DNA from: a virus
Lineage: Duplodnaviria; Caudoviricetes
Reading direction: 5' to 3' (one strand)
Length of the DNA: 61,169 nt
Virus record (IMG/VR): IMGVR_UViG_3300020109_000001
Span: 1-61,169 of that record
Shown one piece after another: positions 48,301 to 55,014 of this stretch; position 1 is the stretch's first letter, and each line of letters begins with the position of its first letter. The position numbers and the translations under genes are program-made. The notes below the pieces were generated by a model, which saw only the letters and a list, made by a program, of their open reading frames with translations, ran no database searches and was not told the DNA's origin.

Positions 48301-48694
48301 GAGCAGCGGCAGCAGCACGCTGTTGTTCAACCCGAACTTCTTGCGCAGCTGCCTGTTCACGCGCACGCTGAAGTTGGAGAGAGCGGGAGTACTGCTGGCG
48401 GACAGACTTGTCTTCCTGCTGACGGATCGCTTCTACACCACGCGCAGCGTTGATGATCAAAGAGGCCCGCGACTTCTCAGCCCGAGCCTCTTCTGCTTTC
48501 ATGCGTGCGATAGACTGACTGGCTTGCGCAATCTTATTCGCGGCCATGCTGTATTCACCAGCCAGACGACGACTGAAAAGCGCAGATGTTGCAGCAGTCT
48601 TCTGCATAGAGTCGGCAAGTTGATCGACTGAACGCTTCCCCCGATCGATATCGGAGGTGTCGAGTTCCATGTCCATATCAACGATGTCGACCAT
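42389..48694 (-). CDS. tail tape measure protein (2101 aa)
   Basis: LLQLAQA.G.G.VRAEEFNSLLE tape-measure domain; Ala/Gly-rich helices; six 49-aa repeats near the C-terminus. Confidence 0.95.
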   Translation of the reverse strand: MVDIVDMDMELDTSDIDRGKRSVDQLADSMQKTAATSALFSRRLAGEYSMAANKIAQASQSIARMKAEEARAEKSRASLIINAARGVEAIRQQEDKSVRQQYSRSLQLQRAREQAAAQEVRVEQQRAAAAARAESVADRQMRSEYRRILAAQKARDQAALQEERQRERQIAASRRQQDVEDRTARQQFQRLLTIQKAREQEANRAAQAAAKQESIARRAADAEEAAFRRNYRNSLRLQAERDRAAAAAERQAQREIAAAARAEQAEGRRVASMMREQARMDAMFRRAEAERLREAQRIEDRNNRSGRGLLGTLSRIHGSLLSINGLIAGIGVFAVYNSLNKYTELTNILKVLGFEGGQAAEKLREIQDIARTTRSPVDELAKIYQKTTMAAKELGASQDQILQFTKNVGLALAQQGGATISTRGALLQLAQAIGMGTVRAEEFNSLLEGGYPILVAVARGIEETGGSVMKLRQMMLAGELSSKKFFDALLSQSDNLEKTFGKTVPTLSQALTVMADTFMVSIGEMDHAVGFSQTLSRGIMRVSESMVSFSRSVVENAGTVRELAGDLRFLGLVAASLATLHFGRQLLSAVTAAGGAVASFTKVVQAASLAMKTFLPAMLLASLVGFGMQISRNRELVQEYDAAIKTATASQEDFQNKLRAFENQRNLDTAVGLKTQADAAIADIKAALAVAEERLAAAKWWTELDFGVGPSLQLFETDAIREAQAEVDRLNGQLAEQTGYLGMADAILKSLAGTWGKVATSTEGMTDKAIQEAAQAKFAAESQIAMSQAILRYGEKSIEVERLKREQARQTALAFAAQKDFNVDITKQYVEQKMLEYDLARSVELRAEATKTFAGAWEKLVDGANDLLEKMRENQDEIKQITKETEDRIRLDRLALQYGQDHISVVRERQRQEAETLKTQLEGLGASQQQLNLILTSVGAANNLANAFGIMKGEIGGASDMMASLLAKLLAGLRAFSGLLKGVSAIAGAIPGLGGIGGAGQAAGQGLGVIGNMLGNVIPNAGQISLALKHVQDGYEGAVNAAEKLHKEEEKGAKKSKKGAKDKGQAQKDILADIHKELDYRKSLIGLSDEEIERREIAKSVIDKVAQSERKYSKEAIQNAIDRSIAVAAEEKAWEKVKGAIGEIADAWGDYVASGFSDFKEFASSVLNVFKNMLSEMIATAARNRIMISMGMDPLSSALGLAGAPVRKGILGKALGTWGAAAGGGVLGGLSGVWSGISSGFSSGGILGALSGGLSSSISGIGAGLSMGGIAGITSAIGAAVPIIGAVVGVVSLAKKMFGRKLKDTGIEATFSMAEGIAAHTYKFYKGGWFRSDKTKWSEAPDELTNPLGQAFSEIGKTVTDFSKIMKLNSASLKGVEFEMKFSTKGMSQEEIQERLMEGMEEYSELLVKKVIPNIGRYRQGEETAVETMQRLATSLSTVNVFMKDLGLRTFDLSVAGAAAASKFADLFGGLNEFTQAASFYYENFYSLQERAKNAQKSFNGALKELGIKTVPQTTEQFRKLVDRLNAAGRTNAVAELMKLGPAFIEMLNMQKELAGETDKTNDIMQERYDLETRLLTAQGNIAELRRRELAALHPSNRALLRQIWAVEKQNEINDQRKNLEQQLLQVQGKTYALRQLELAALDPSNRALQRRIWQIEEENRVAAERETLERALLTAQGNTAELRRLELAALSPANRALQKQIWAVEKANAIAQEREGLERQLLQLQGNTAALRKLELAALDPANRALQRQIWHLEDLAKIEDERKGLEQQWLELTENNAELRRLELAQLHPSNRALQQRIWALEKTKAIEAERKDLEEQLLEVLGRTGTLRQRELLTLDASNRALQQQIWAIQDAQAAVTEAENAARNAANAERERINTLKSTSDAIRQLADTTMEAAFATGEAQRLAAERQLRIALETGKVWDTSLQNLAERAAAVDVNNFGSYTDFAIASARAASLLKSVSEEQAEQAKGAEQRLEEALKKYGLQEETVLSLTDALKNLDKAIAKLANAEAGIFDSPLSDPSGSAIPGAPVVPGQVGVVNPTTTLIQEVKGLRDEVKQLRQENNSGNAQIARQAKQSADIQRKWDVDGTPPVRPEVSVP

Positions 48695-49112
48695 TATTCC
48701 TATCCATCATTGCCATCAGAATCGCGTCAAGCTGATCACTGACTTTCTTTCTGTGCTCTTCGATGTCCACAATGAACGGAGGAGGACAGGCTTTGTCAGT
48801 TGACAGGTTGTATTGGTGCGCGAACTCCTGAGAAAGTTGATAAAGAATCTTCACTTCCCAGTGTTGTAGTTCGCGATCCATCAGGCTTGACCATGCAAGA
48901 ATATCTAGCCATGATATTCCTGTATATCCAAATCCCGTTGATCGAACAGGGTTTATCTCAAACAACCAAGTGACAAGATAACTCATCTCTGGTTCTGGAG
49001 GCAGGTGCGCGGTGGTGGTGTTCCACCGCGATCCCGATCCTTCAACTGGTGCCGACAGCCAGGCATGCTGTCGAACAAACAGTGTTAGTTGTTCGAGTTG
49101 GTCTGCAAAAAA
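48678..49112 (-). CDS. tail assembly chaperone, -1 frameshift extension (gpGT-like)
   Basis: T TTT TTG slippery site at 49106-49112; -1 frame open into 48678-48986; ISW.DI.AW.......L..WE. Confidence 0.75.
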   Translation of the reverse strand, partial: FFADQLEQLTLFVRQHAWLSAPVEGSGSRWNTTTAHLPPEPEMSYLVTWLFEINPVRSTGFGYTGISWLDILAWSSLMDRELQHWEVKILYQLSQEFAHQYNLSTDKACPPPFIVDIEEHRKKVSDQLDAILMAMMDRNNGRHR

Positions 49113-49522
49113 TTCTCGGCCTCAGCCACAAATTCATCGACCTGACGACGCAGCCAAGGACGAGCCTTGTAGATCATCTTGGCGTTCTCACGGGTGCAAG
49201 CAAGTTCTGCTTTCTCACCGTACTCATTCGGCCAGACCATGCCCTCCCAGCCGGTGGTCACAGAGGCCAGCAAATCTGCACTCTGTTCCTCAATCTCGGC
49301 GAGAGATTGTTCCTTGTTCTTCCGCTTGCTGTTCTGGCGCATGTGAAAATCCATGCGGTTGCGGAAGGTCTTCGAATCGTTCCCCTTCAGGAAGATGCGG
49401 ATAGGTTTCGTCTCACCCATCTCATCAACGAAGGTCATTTCTTCACCCGTCACCGGGTTCCGGACAACCATGGGAGCGCCTTCTTCGGCAGCGTTGCCAA
49501 GGTCAAGATCAAAGATATCCAT
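49085..49522 (-). CDS. tail assembly chaperone (gpG-like)
   Basis: Between tail tube and tape measure; G.DS..F, LA..T.GW, PWLR.QV..F....ENF. Confidence 0.8.
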   Translation of the reverse strand: MDIFDLDLGNAAEEGAPMVVRNPVTGEEMTFVDEMGETKPIRIFLKGNDSKTFRNRMDFHMRQNSKRKNKEQSLAEIEEQSADLLASVTTGWEGMVWPNEYGEKAELACTRENAKMIYKARPWLRRQVDEFVAEAENFLQTNSNN

Positions 49523-49536
49523 TTTCAGTTTCCATA

Positions 49537-49583
49537 GTCTCAGGTCTCAAGCTGGGGTCGGTGAGACCAATCCCGACCCCAGC
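49537..49583 (-). promoter_or_regulatory. predicted RNA H-type pseudoknot in the leader of the tail chaperone gene
   Basis: 11-bp stem GCTGGGGTCGG/CCGACCCCAGC; loop GGTCTCA complementary to the adjacent TGAGACC. Confidence 0.55.
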
Positions 49584-49601
49584 CACCCATCTGCTGATGG
49601 A

Positions 49602-50054
49602 TTAGGCGGCGACGCGGACGATCAGGTCGCTGTCGACTTCCACGGTCGGCGATGCAGTGACAACGTCATCGACACCACCAACGTTCGGCTTGAAGGACAT
49701 CACTTTGCCCATCAGATAGTATTTCGCACCACTCTGCAGAGTGACCATGAATGCGTAGGATTCATCGCTTTCCAGCGCTTCTTCCATCAGAATTTGACCC
49801 GCATCCACAGGGTCCAGAGCCAGCGCGGGGTTCAGAGTCCCGTTGTTGTAGCTGCCTTTGCCTTTCTTCACACCACGGGTGCTCAGAGGCTGGTGAGTCA
49901 CCAGGGCGAATTCTTTGCCGAATTCACCGATGTTCGTGATCTCACCGACAGCGACATAGGACTTCGCAGCATATCCAGCTGCATCAGCGGTAGCAGGGGC
50001 ACCTGGGGTGCTCGCGATCGAAAGAGACGCGCCTGCAGCAGTTTGCCAAGCCAT
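49602..50054 (-). CDS. major tail tube protein
   Basis: VGEITNIGEFG....LVTH.PL..R...K.KGSYN.G; D.GQ. Confidence 0.85.
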   Translation of the reverse strand: MAWQTAAGASLSIASTPGAPATADAAGYAAKSYVAVGEITNIGEFGKEFALVTHQPLSTRGVKKGKGSYNNGTLNPALALDPVDAGQILMEEALESDESYAFMVTLQSGAKYYLMGKVMSFKPNVGGVDDVVTASPTVEVDSDLIVRVAA

Positions 50055-50078
50055 GATTTTCTCCTATCCAGATGGCAT

Positions 50079-50471
50079 TTATGCAGGTTTCATAAATCCT
50101 TGATACCTGACCTGCACAGGCATTCGGTAGTGTGTTGCTCCATCCGGATATCCAGAAAGCCGATGAGGCCAATGATTGACTCTCGCCCCAGCCAGCACAG
50201 CATTATAGAAATGATTCTGGACCCTTCGCGCAACAGTCAGTGCTTCATCGGAACCTGTGTTCGCAAGCACCCTCACAGAGATTTGAAATCTCCCTGTGAA
50301 CTCATGCGTTCCATCTAGAGACCTCCGGAAAGGTTCATCAGGAACAGATTCTACAATCAACAAGGTGTCATCCTCACCTTGCCAATGTTGGTTTTCCCAC
50401 ACAATCGAGGGGCGGGGAGAGAGCGCGGTCAGATGTAGTGCCGCAGCATTCAGAATGTCATCTTCAGTCAT
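50079..50471 (-). CDS. tail terminator-like protein
   Basis: I.WEN, G.FQISV....N.G, PV.VRY; synteny. Confidence 0.7.
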   Translation of the reverse strand: MTEDDILNAAALHLTALSPRPSIVWENQHWQGEDDTLLIVESVPDEPFRRSLDGTHEFTGRFQISVRVLANTGSDEALTVARRVQNHFYNAVLAGARVNHWPHRLSGYPDGATHYRMPVQVRYQGFMKPA

Positions 50472-50902
50472 TCCATCATACTCGCTCTCTTGGCTTCGTC
50501 CCTCGCGATCCTTTTCGCCAATCCTTCACCATATTCGATGAAGTGAACACCTGCCTGGTTGTAGTATCGACCCAGAGAGTCGGTTCCAGTAAATCCATAG
50601 TTGATACGATCAGCATAAGGTGCTGTCCATCCCCAACGGATATTGCCTTCAAACGGTGGTAGAGAGATCAATTCCCGATAGGCTTCAGCACCAATCAGAA
50701 GCGTCCCTCCCGCATCTACCACAAGCGAGTCTCGGAGTTCGCCAGTAACAACAGGCATCCGACCGCCGCTACTCCGAGGTCTTTGTTGTGCCTGCATAAT
50801 TCTCGCTGCAGTCATCACCTTAACATAGTCAAGACGGTGCTTGACCATTGCGGCCCAGCGATCGGCCTGTGAGAAGCGAAATCGCGCCATATCAGACCCC
50901 AT
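50468..50902 (-). CDS. tail completion / neck protein (HK97 gp10-like)
   Basis: MPV.TG.LR.S, APYA.RI.YGF.G.DSLGR.YNQAG. Confidence 0.75.
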   Translation of the reverse strand: MGSDMARFRFSQADRWAAMVKHRLDYVKVMTAARIMQAQQRPRSSGGRMPVVTGELRDSLVVDAGGTLLIGAEAYRELISLPPFEGNIRWGWTAPYADRINYGFTGTDSLGRYYNQAGVHFIEYGEGLAKRIARDEAKRASMME

Positions 50903-50928
50903 ATTGAGGAGCGCTGGAGAGGCTCGCA

Positions 50929-51010
50929 GGCGGGCGTAACGCCCTAACGGGTAACGCCCTAGCGGCTAGGGCGTTCCGGGCCTCCAGCGGGCTGCTCAGC
51001 GGCTCTCAGG
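50929..51010 (+). repeat. composite dispersed element, copy 4
   Basis: GGCGGGCG 50929, GGTA-ACGCCC-TAGC 50950, GCTGCTCAG 50991. Confidence 0.6.
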
Positions 51011-51023
51011 TACGTTTCAAAGG

Positions 51024-51380
51024 CTAACCCGCTACCGTAGCGTTCCAAAGTACGGTGAGACCGGCTGGAGCGATCTCTTTGACCGTTTGGATCGTCAGAA
51101 TTGAATCTCCGAACTCGATCTGATCATTGTCTTCAACTTTGACACGACCAATAGTCGAGATGAGGAAACTGTTCTTCGTAATCGAAAGACGTGCGTCATT
51201 GGGTGACGTGATTGTCTTTGTGATCCGAAAGACAGTGATTCTCTTCCGAATTGGCTCACCAATTGTTGGTCGATGCTCTGGACCAGTCTTTGGTCCTGGC
51301 TTGAGGAGATATGCTTCTGTACCAAACTCAGCAAGCATCTCTTCAGCCATTGAGCGAAATTCAGCGTAGATGGGGTTCAT
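51024..51380 (-). CDS. head closure / head-tail adaptor
   Basis: Y......A..ML.EFG; I.PAG..VLW; synteny. Confidence 0.7.
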   Translation of the reverse strand: MNPIYAEFRSMAEEMLAEFGTEAYLLKPGPKTGPEHRPTIGEPIRKRITVFRITKTITSPNDARLSITKNSFLISTIGRVKVEDNDQIEFGDSILTIQTVKEIAPAGLTVLWNATVAG

Positions 51381-51865
51381 TATCGCACCCAGAAAATGGG
51401 GAAGGAACCCTGGTTGTCATTGATGATGTCGATCAGGATACCTTCGATTACAGGAAGGTAGGGTAGATTGTCACGAGAGTACATCGACTGGTTCTTGAAG
51501 AACTCTCGCTCAAGGACATCTATCTTTTGCTTCTTCACTTGTTGTGAAGCGAAACTCGTTGGTAGGATACCACCAGGCCGGAGGACTTCGCTCTTCGCAA
51601 TCTCGAAGGCGGCAACCTCAACAGCAGGAGGAATCATATCGAAGGGGATCAACTCCCCGCGAATTGTTTGTGCGCCTTCCCGAGGCCATTGGCGGATTTG
51701 AGCAATCCCACCAGTCTTTTGACCAGGAAAACGATGGGCATAGATAGCGTCGAGGATCATGGAACCCTGGGTCAGCGCAGTCGTCTTTTGGGCTTCATCC
51801 AGATCACCCCATTCAGGGAAACTGGCGCCATAGTACGTTGTTGCTTTTTCCAGGGTTCCATACAT
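51380..51865 (-). CDS. head-tail connector (DnaT-like annotated family)
   Basis: MYGT...A..YY, QWPR, IP.AV..A..E.A; start ATG 51865. Confidence 0.7.
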   Translation of the reverse strand: MYGTLEKATTYYGASFPEWGDLDEAQKTTALTQGSMILDAIYAHRFPGQKTGGIAQIRQWPREGAQTIRGELIPFDMIPPAVEVAAFEIAKSEVLRPGGILPTSFASQQVKKQKIDVLEREFFKNQSMYSRDNLPYLPVIEGILIDIINDNQGSFPIFWVR

Positions 51866-51869
51866 TGTC

Positions 51870-52277
51870 TTATGCTTTCTCGGACAGAGCCCAGATGCGG
51901 TCGCGTTCTTCAGCCGTGATGTTCGGCTTGCCGGCTTCATGAAGCTTCTCGTTCACACGACGAACTTCAGGACGACCATCACCCATCATCGCGTCATCAG
52001 GCAGCGACTTCATGATTGCGAGGATTTCCTGGTCGGCTTCATCAGCCGAAGGCTCCTCATCAGCTTCCTGGACAGTTTCAGGATTCTGAACGTCCACGAT
52101 GCGGAACGAATCATCGTCCTCGTCCACAGGAGCGCCAGTGATCTCAAGAACACCGAGTTGCTCCAGTTTGCGAAGGGACCGCGGAATGCGGCCCTCCACT
52201 TCCAGAGTACCACCGGCATCGAGAGCCTGACCACTGATGGTGACGCGCTGTTCACCAATGTTTTTCACACTTGCCAT
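51870..52277 (-). CDS. hypothetical virion-associated protein (DGRPEV..VN...ITAEERD.IW)
   Basis: GAGGA SD; head module. Confidence 0.7.
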   Translation of the reverse strand: MASVKNIGEQRVTISGQALDAGGTLEVEGRIPRSLRKLEQLGVLEITGAPVDEDDDSFRIVDVQNPETVQEADEEPSADEADQEILAIMKSLPDDAMMGDGRPEVRRVNEKLHEAGKPNITAEERDRIWALSEKA

Positions 52278-52286
52278 GATCCGTCC

Positions 52287-52475
52287 TCAATTGTCGCCGA
52301 CAGCTGCAGCTTTTACAGCCCACATCGACGCGGTTTCCAGGTTAGTCAGGGCAACAGAACGCCGACGCCCTGCAGGGAGTTCCTCGATGATGGAAGCGAG
52401 TTGGTTACTCGCCTCCTTGATTCGAGTGATCATCGGGTCACCACTTGGGTTGAAATTGGTATCTGTAACAGACAT
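52287..52475 (-). CDS. Acb2/Tad1-like helical-hairpin protein (putative cyclic-nucleotide sponge)
   Basis: FNPSG...I..IK......L...I.....GR..SVALTNLETASMWAVKA; TGATG coupling to the capsid gene. Confidence 0.65.
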   Translation of the reverse strand: MSVTDTNFNPSGDPMITRIKEASNQLASIIEELPAGRRRSVALTNLETASMWAVKAAAVGDN

Positions 52476-53425
52476 CAGATTCCATCCATGTAGGTGACTT
52501 CCAGGGGACGACGGATATCCACACCACCCAGACGGAACAGACCAGGAACGTCCCAGCGGAACGGACCGGACTGATACACAGGGAAGAAGCGGTGAGGCAT
52601 CGGCATGTGCAGCTTCAGCACTTCCGGCGACCGACGATAGGCAACGATCCGGTTGGAGTTACCAACACCAGCTTTGTCCAGCCCATACACTGCACGAATC
52701 GTCAGCGGACGACCAGTGGTAATCGTGTACAGATTGTACTTCATGATGTATTCCATGAGGCTACCAGCCGTCATGGTGCCCGACACATCCGTCAGCCGAC
52801 GAGTTGCCAGCAGGGTGATGATGTCATAGGGCAGCAGCACCGTGTCTGCGATCGAGGTGTACTTCGTGTCTTTCCAGGAGACAGTCAGTGCCTCGTTGAA
52901 ATCGGCCAGGATCTGGTCGATGTCAGCATTGGCCCAATCCCCGTTGGGGGCAGTGCGGGGGGTGATGGCGTTGTGGTTGACCACGCCCTTCAGGTTCTTC
53001 TCGGAGTCACCGACGAAGCAGATGCGGTTGATCATGTCTTCCGCGGCACGACGAGCAGCGACAGCGTCTTCTGCAGGCAGGTTGCGACCAGCAGCCATGG
53101 CGCCGACCAGTTCCTCATAGCCCCAGCCATAACCGATGGCTGCGGTGTAGACGGTCGACATCCCGCGCGTGCGGACTTGACCGGCAGTCGGAACGTCATC
53201 GTTGTTGGCGTTGAACCACTGGGCTCGGCCATACATATCGCCCGACCAGAATTCGACAACCTGGGTCCATTCAGGAGCCGACATATCGATCGGCACCAGC
53301 TGGGCATAGTTGAATTCCGGGTAGCGCATCATGTTGACGCCAGGCTCGATGTAGGTTCGTGCCTGGGATGCATATCCCGCGACAGCAACCATGTCGTCCT
53401 GAGTCAGATGTTGATTCGGATACAT
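52475..53425 (-). CDS. major capsid protein (DUF2184 type)
   Basis: YPE..Y..LVP, IGYGW..EEL, AARRA.E..IN...F.GD, R.GGV.IRRP....YMDGI. Confidence 0.9.
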   Translation of the reverse strand: MYPNQHLTQDDMVAVAGYASQARTYIEPGVNMMRYPEFNYAQLVPIDMSAPEWTQVVEFWSGDMYGRAQWFNANNDDVPTAGQVRTRGMSTVYTAAIGYGWGYEELVGAMAAGRNLPAEDAVAARRAAEDMINRICFVGDSEKNLKGVVNHNAITPRTAPNGDWANADIDQILADFNEALTVSWKDTKYTSIADTVLLPYDIITLLATRRLTDVSGTMTAGSLMEYIMKYNLYTITTGRPLTIRAVYGLDKAGVGNSNRIVAYRRSPEVLKLHMPMPHRFFPVYQSGPFRWDVPGLFRLGGVDIRRPLEVTYMDGI

Positions 53426-53436
53426 CGTTGCTCTCC

Positions 53437-53895
53437 TCAGAGGTCGATGTTGACGATGACGAGTTCGCCAGCGTCAGCACTTGTTTCGAATTTACCGACA
53501 CGAATGTTGCCCGTATCGATGTTGGTGACCAGGCCAGGATTGGCAGGAGTCACATAGGCATCGGTGTCAGCGACGACAGCGACAGATGCCTTGACCCAGA
53601 AGCTACCACGCGCAGCCAGACGAGCAGAGTCGTACTGTGCGAAGCCTTCTGCGGTCGTGTCCGTTGCCGGGCGAGCACCACGGTCAAGCACAGTCAGAGC
53701 CAGAACCGAGGTCTTGCCCACCAGGTTGGTCGTGACAGTGCGTTCAGTCGTGCCGCGAGCGACAAATCGACCGAAGCGGGTGATGCCGGCATCCTCGCAG
53801 GTCCGCGAGAAGAAGTCGCGGGGACGAGCATTCGCCACAGCGCCTTCATAGCCTTCCGGCATATGGTCATTATAGACAGTTTGAATCGGCGGCAT
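53437..53895 (-). CDS. head decoration / cement protein
   Basis: Between the DUF2213 gene and capsid; FG..V.RG, G.FWV.A. Confidence 0.7.
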   Translation of the reverse strand: MPPIQTVYNDHMPEGYEGAVANARPRDFFSRTCEDAGITRFGRFVARGTTERTVTTNLVGKTSVLALTVLDRGARPATDTTAEGFAQYDSARLAARGSFWVKASVAVVADTDAYVTPANPGLVTNIDTGNIRVGKFETSADAGELVIVNIDL

Positions 53896-53907
53896 GGTAT
53901 GCGCTCC

Positions 53908-55014
53908 TTACTGCGGGGTTTTCCAGGCGTCCGCGAGTTCTTTCTCGCGGGCATGATACCCGAAGGAATCATTCACCTGGGTCGGGTTGCTCTGACGATC
54001 GAGAACGGTCGACATCACATTGTCACCCAGTTGGGTTTTCTTCTGGGCTTCCTTGGCCTGCTTCAGAGCAATATCGAACATGGCTTCGATATAGGCTTCG
54101 CCCTTGTCAGCATACTCAGCATCGACAGTCACAACAGCTTTCTTGCGGACATCAGCATCGGACAGACCCTTGAAGTCAGCCTTGGGTGCGATCAGAGCCG
54201 CGTCAGCCAGCAGCTGGGCACGCTTGGCCACACGTTCATCCAGCTGTGCGTCGTTCAGCTGAGCAGCTTCCAGTTCCTTGATGCGAGCATCCTTCGTCGC
54301 GAGTTCCTTGTCTTTCGCGTCGATAGCAGCTTGGGCGCGATCTTGAATATTCTTGATGTGACCAGTGATCTTGTCCGCATCAGTGGCGATAACCTCTGCG
54401 GTCGAATCGCCGATCGCAATATGCTTCGTGGTCATCTTGACCTCCTTTTCTATCGGGGCAGCACCCCATTCGTCGCCGATCTGGCAATTCCCCGCACGTC
54501 CGTTGGGGACGACCGCGAGATGGTTGATGCGAATATTGGTCTGCTTCGCATCGTAGTCTTGTCCATCAGATGTAACACCAGGAGTTGCATCCAACACACA
54601 AGTGTAACCAGCAGACAACTGCCGGGTACCACTTTGAATGGCGGCAACCGCCGCAGCATCCTTGATCACGAGAGGCAACTTGATTCGGTTACCATCCCAC
54701 ATCGCCTCGGTTGAGACTTCCCCGACAGCCAGCTTGTTCCAGTTATCAGCTGTCACAGCTTCTTTGGGGTGTCCCATGGTCACAGGTGCGTGGCTGAAAG
54801 TCGTGAGACTGTCAGGAGCACGAACCTCATCCTCAGGACGATAGACCCGGACGATGGCCTTGTCGCGAAGACCCAGAGTTCCATCCGGATCAACTTCTTT
54901 GCCAGTGTACAGTTGGACGCCAGTACGGACTGCAAAAGCTTCCGTCACCATGTATCCATCTGAAGTGATGCGAGTGCCACTCAGCGTGACACTGTCGCGA
55001 AGGGGCACAGTCAT
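53908..55014 (-). CDS. DUF2213 prohead protease / scaffold
   Basis: RTGVQ.Y, YRP.DEV....SL.TF...PVT.GHP, LSAGY, Q.NI.INHLAVV..GRAG. Confidence 0.9.
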   Translation of the reverse strand: MTVPLRDSVTLSGTRITSDGYMVTEAFAVRTGVQLYTGKEVDPDGTLGLRDKAIVRVYRPEDEVRAPDSLTTFSHAPVTMGHPKEAVTADNWNKLAVGEVSTEAMWDGNRIKLPLVIKDAAAVAAIQSGTRQLSAGYTCVLDATPGVTSDGQDYDAKQTNIRINHLAVVPNGRAGNCQIGDEWGAAPIEKEVKMTTKHIAIGDSTAEVIATDADKITGHIKNIQDRAQAAIDAKDKELATKDARIKELEAAQLNDAQLDERVAKRAQLLADAALIAPKADFKGLSDADVRKKAVVTVDAEYADKGEAYIEAMFDIALKQAKEAQKKTQLGDNVMSTVLDRQSNPTQVNDSFGYHAREKELADAWKTPQ

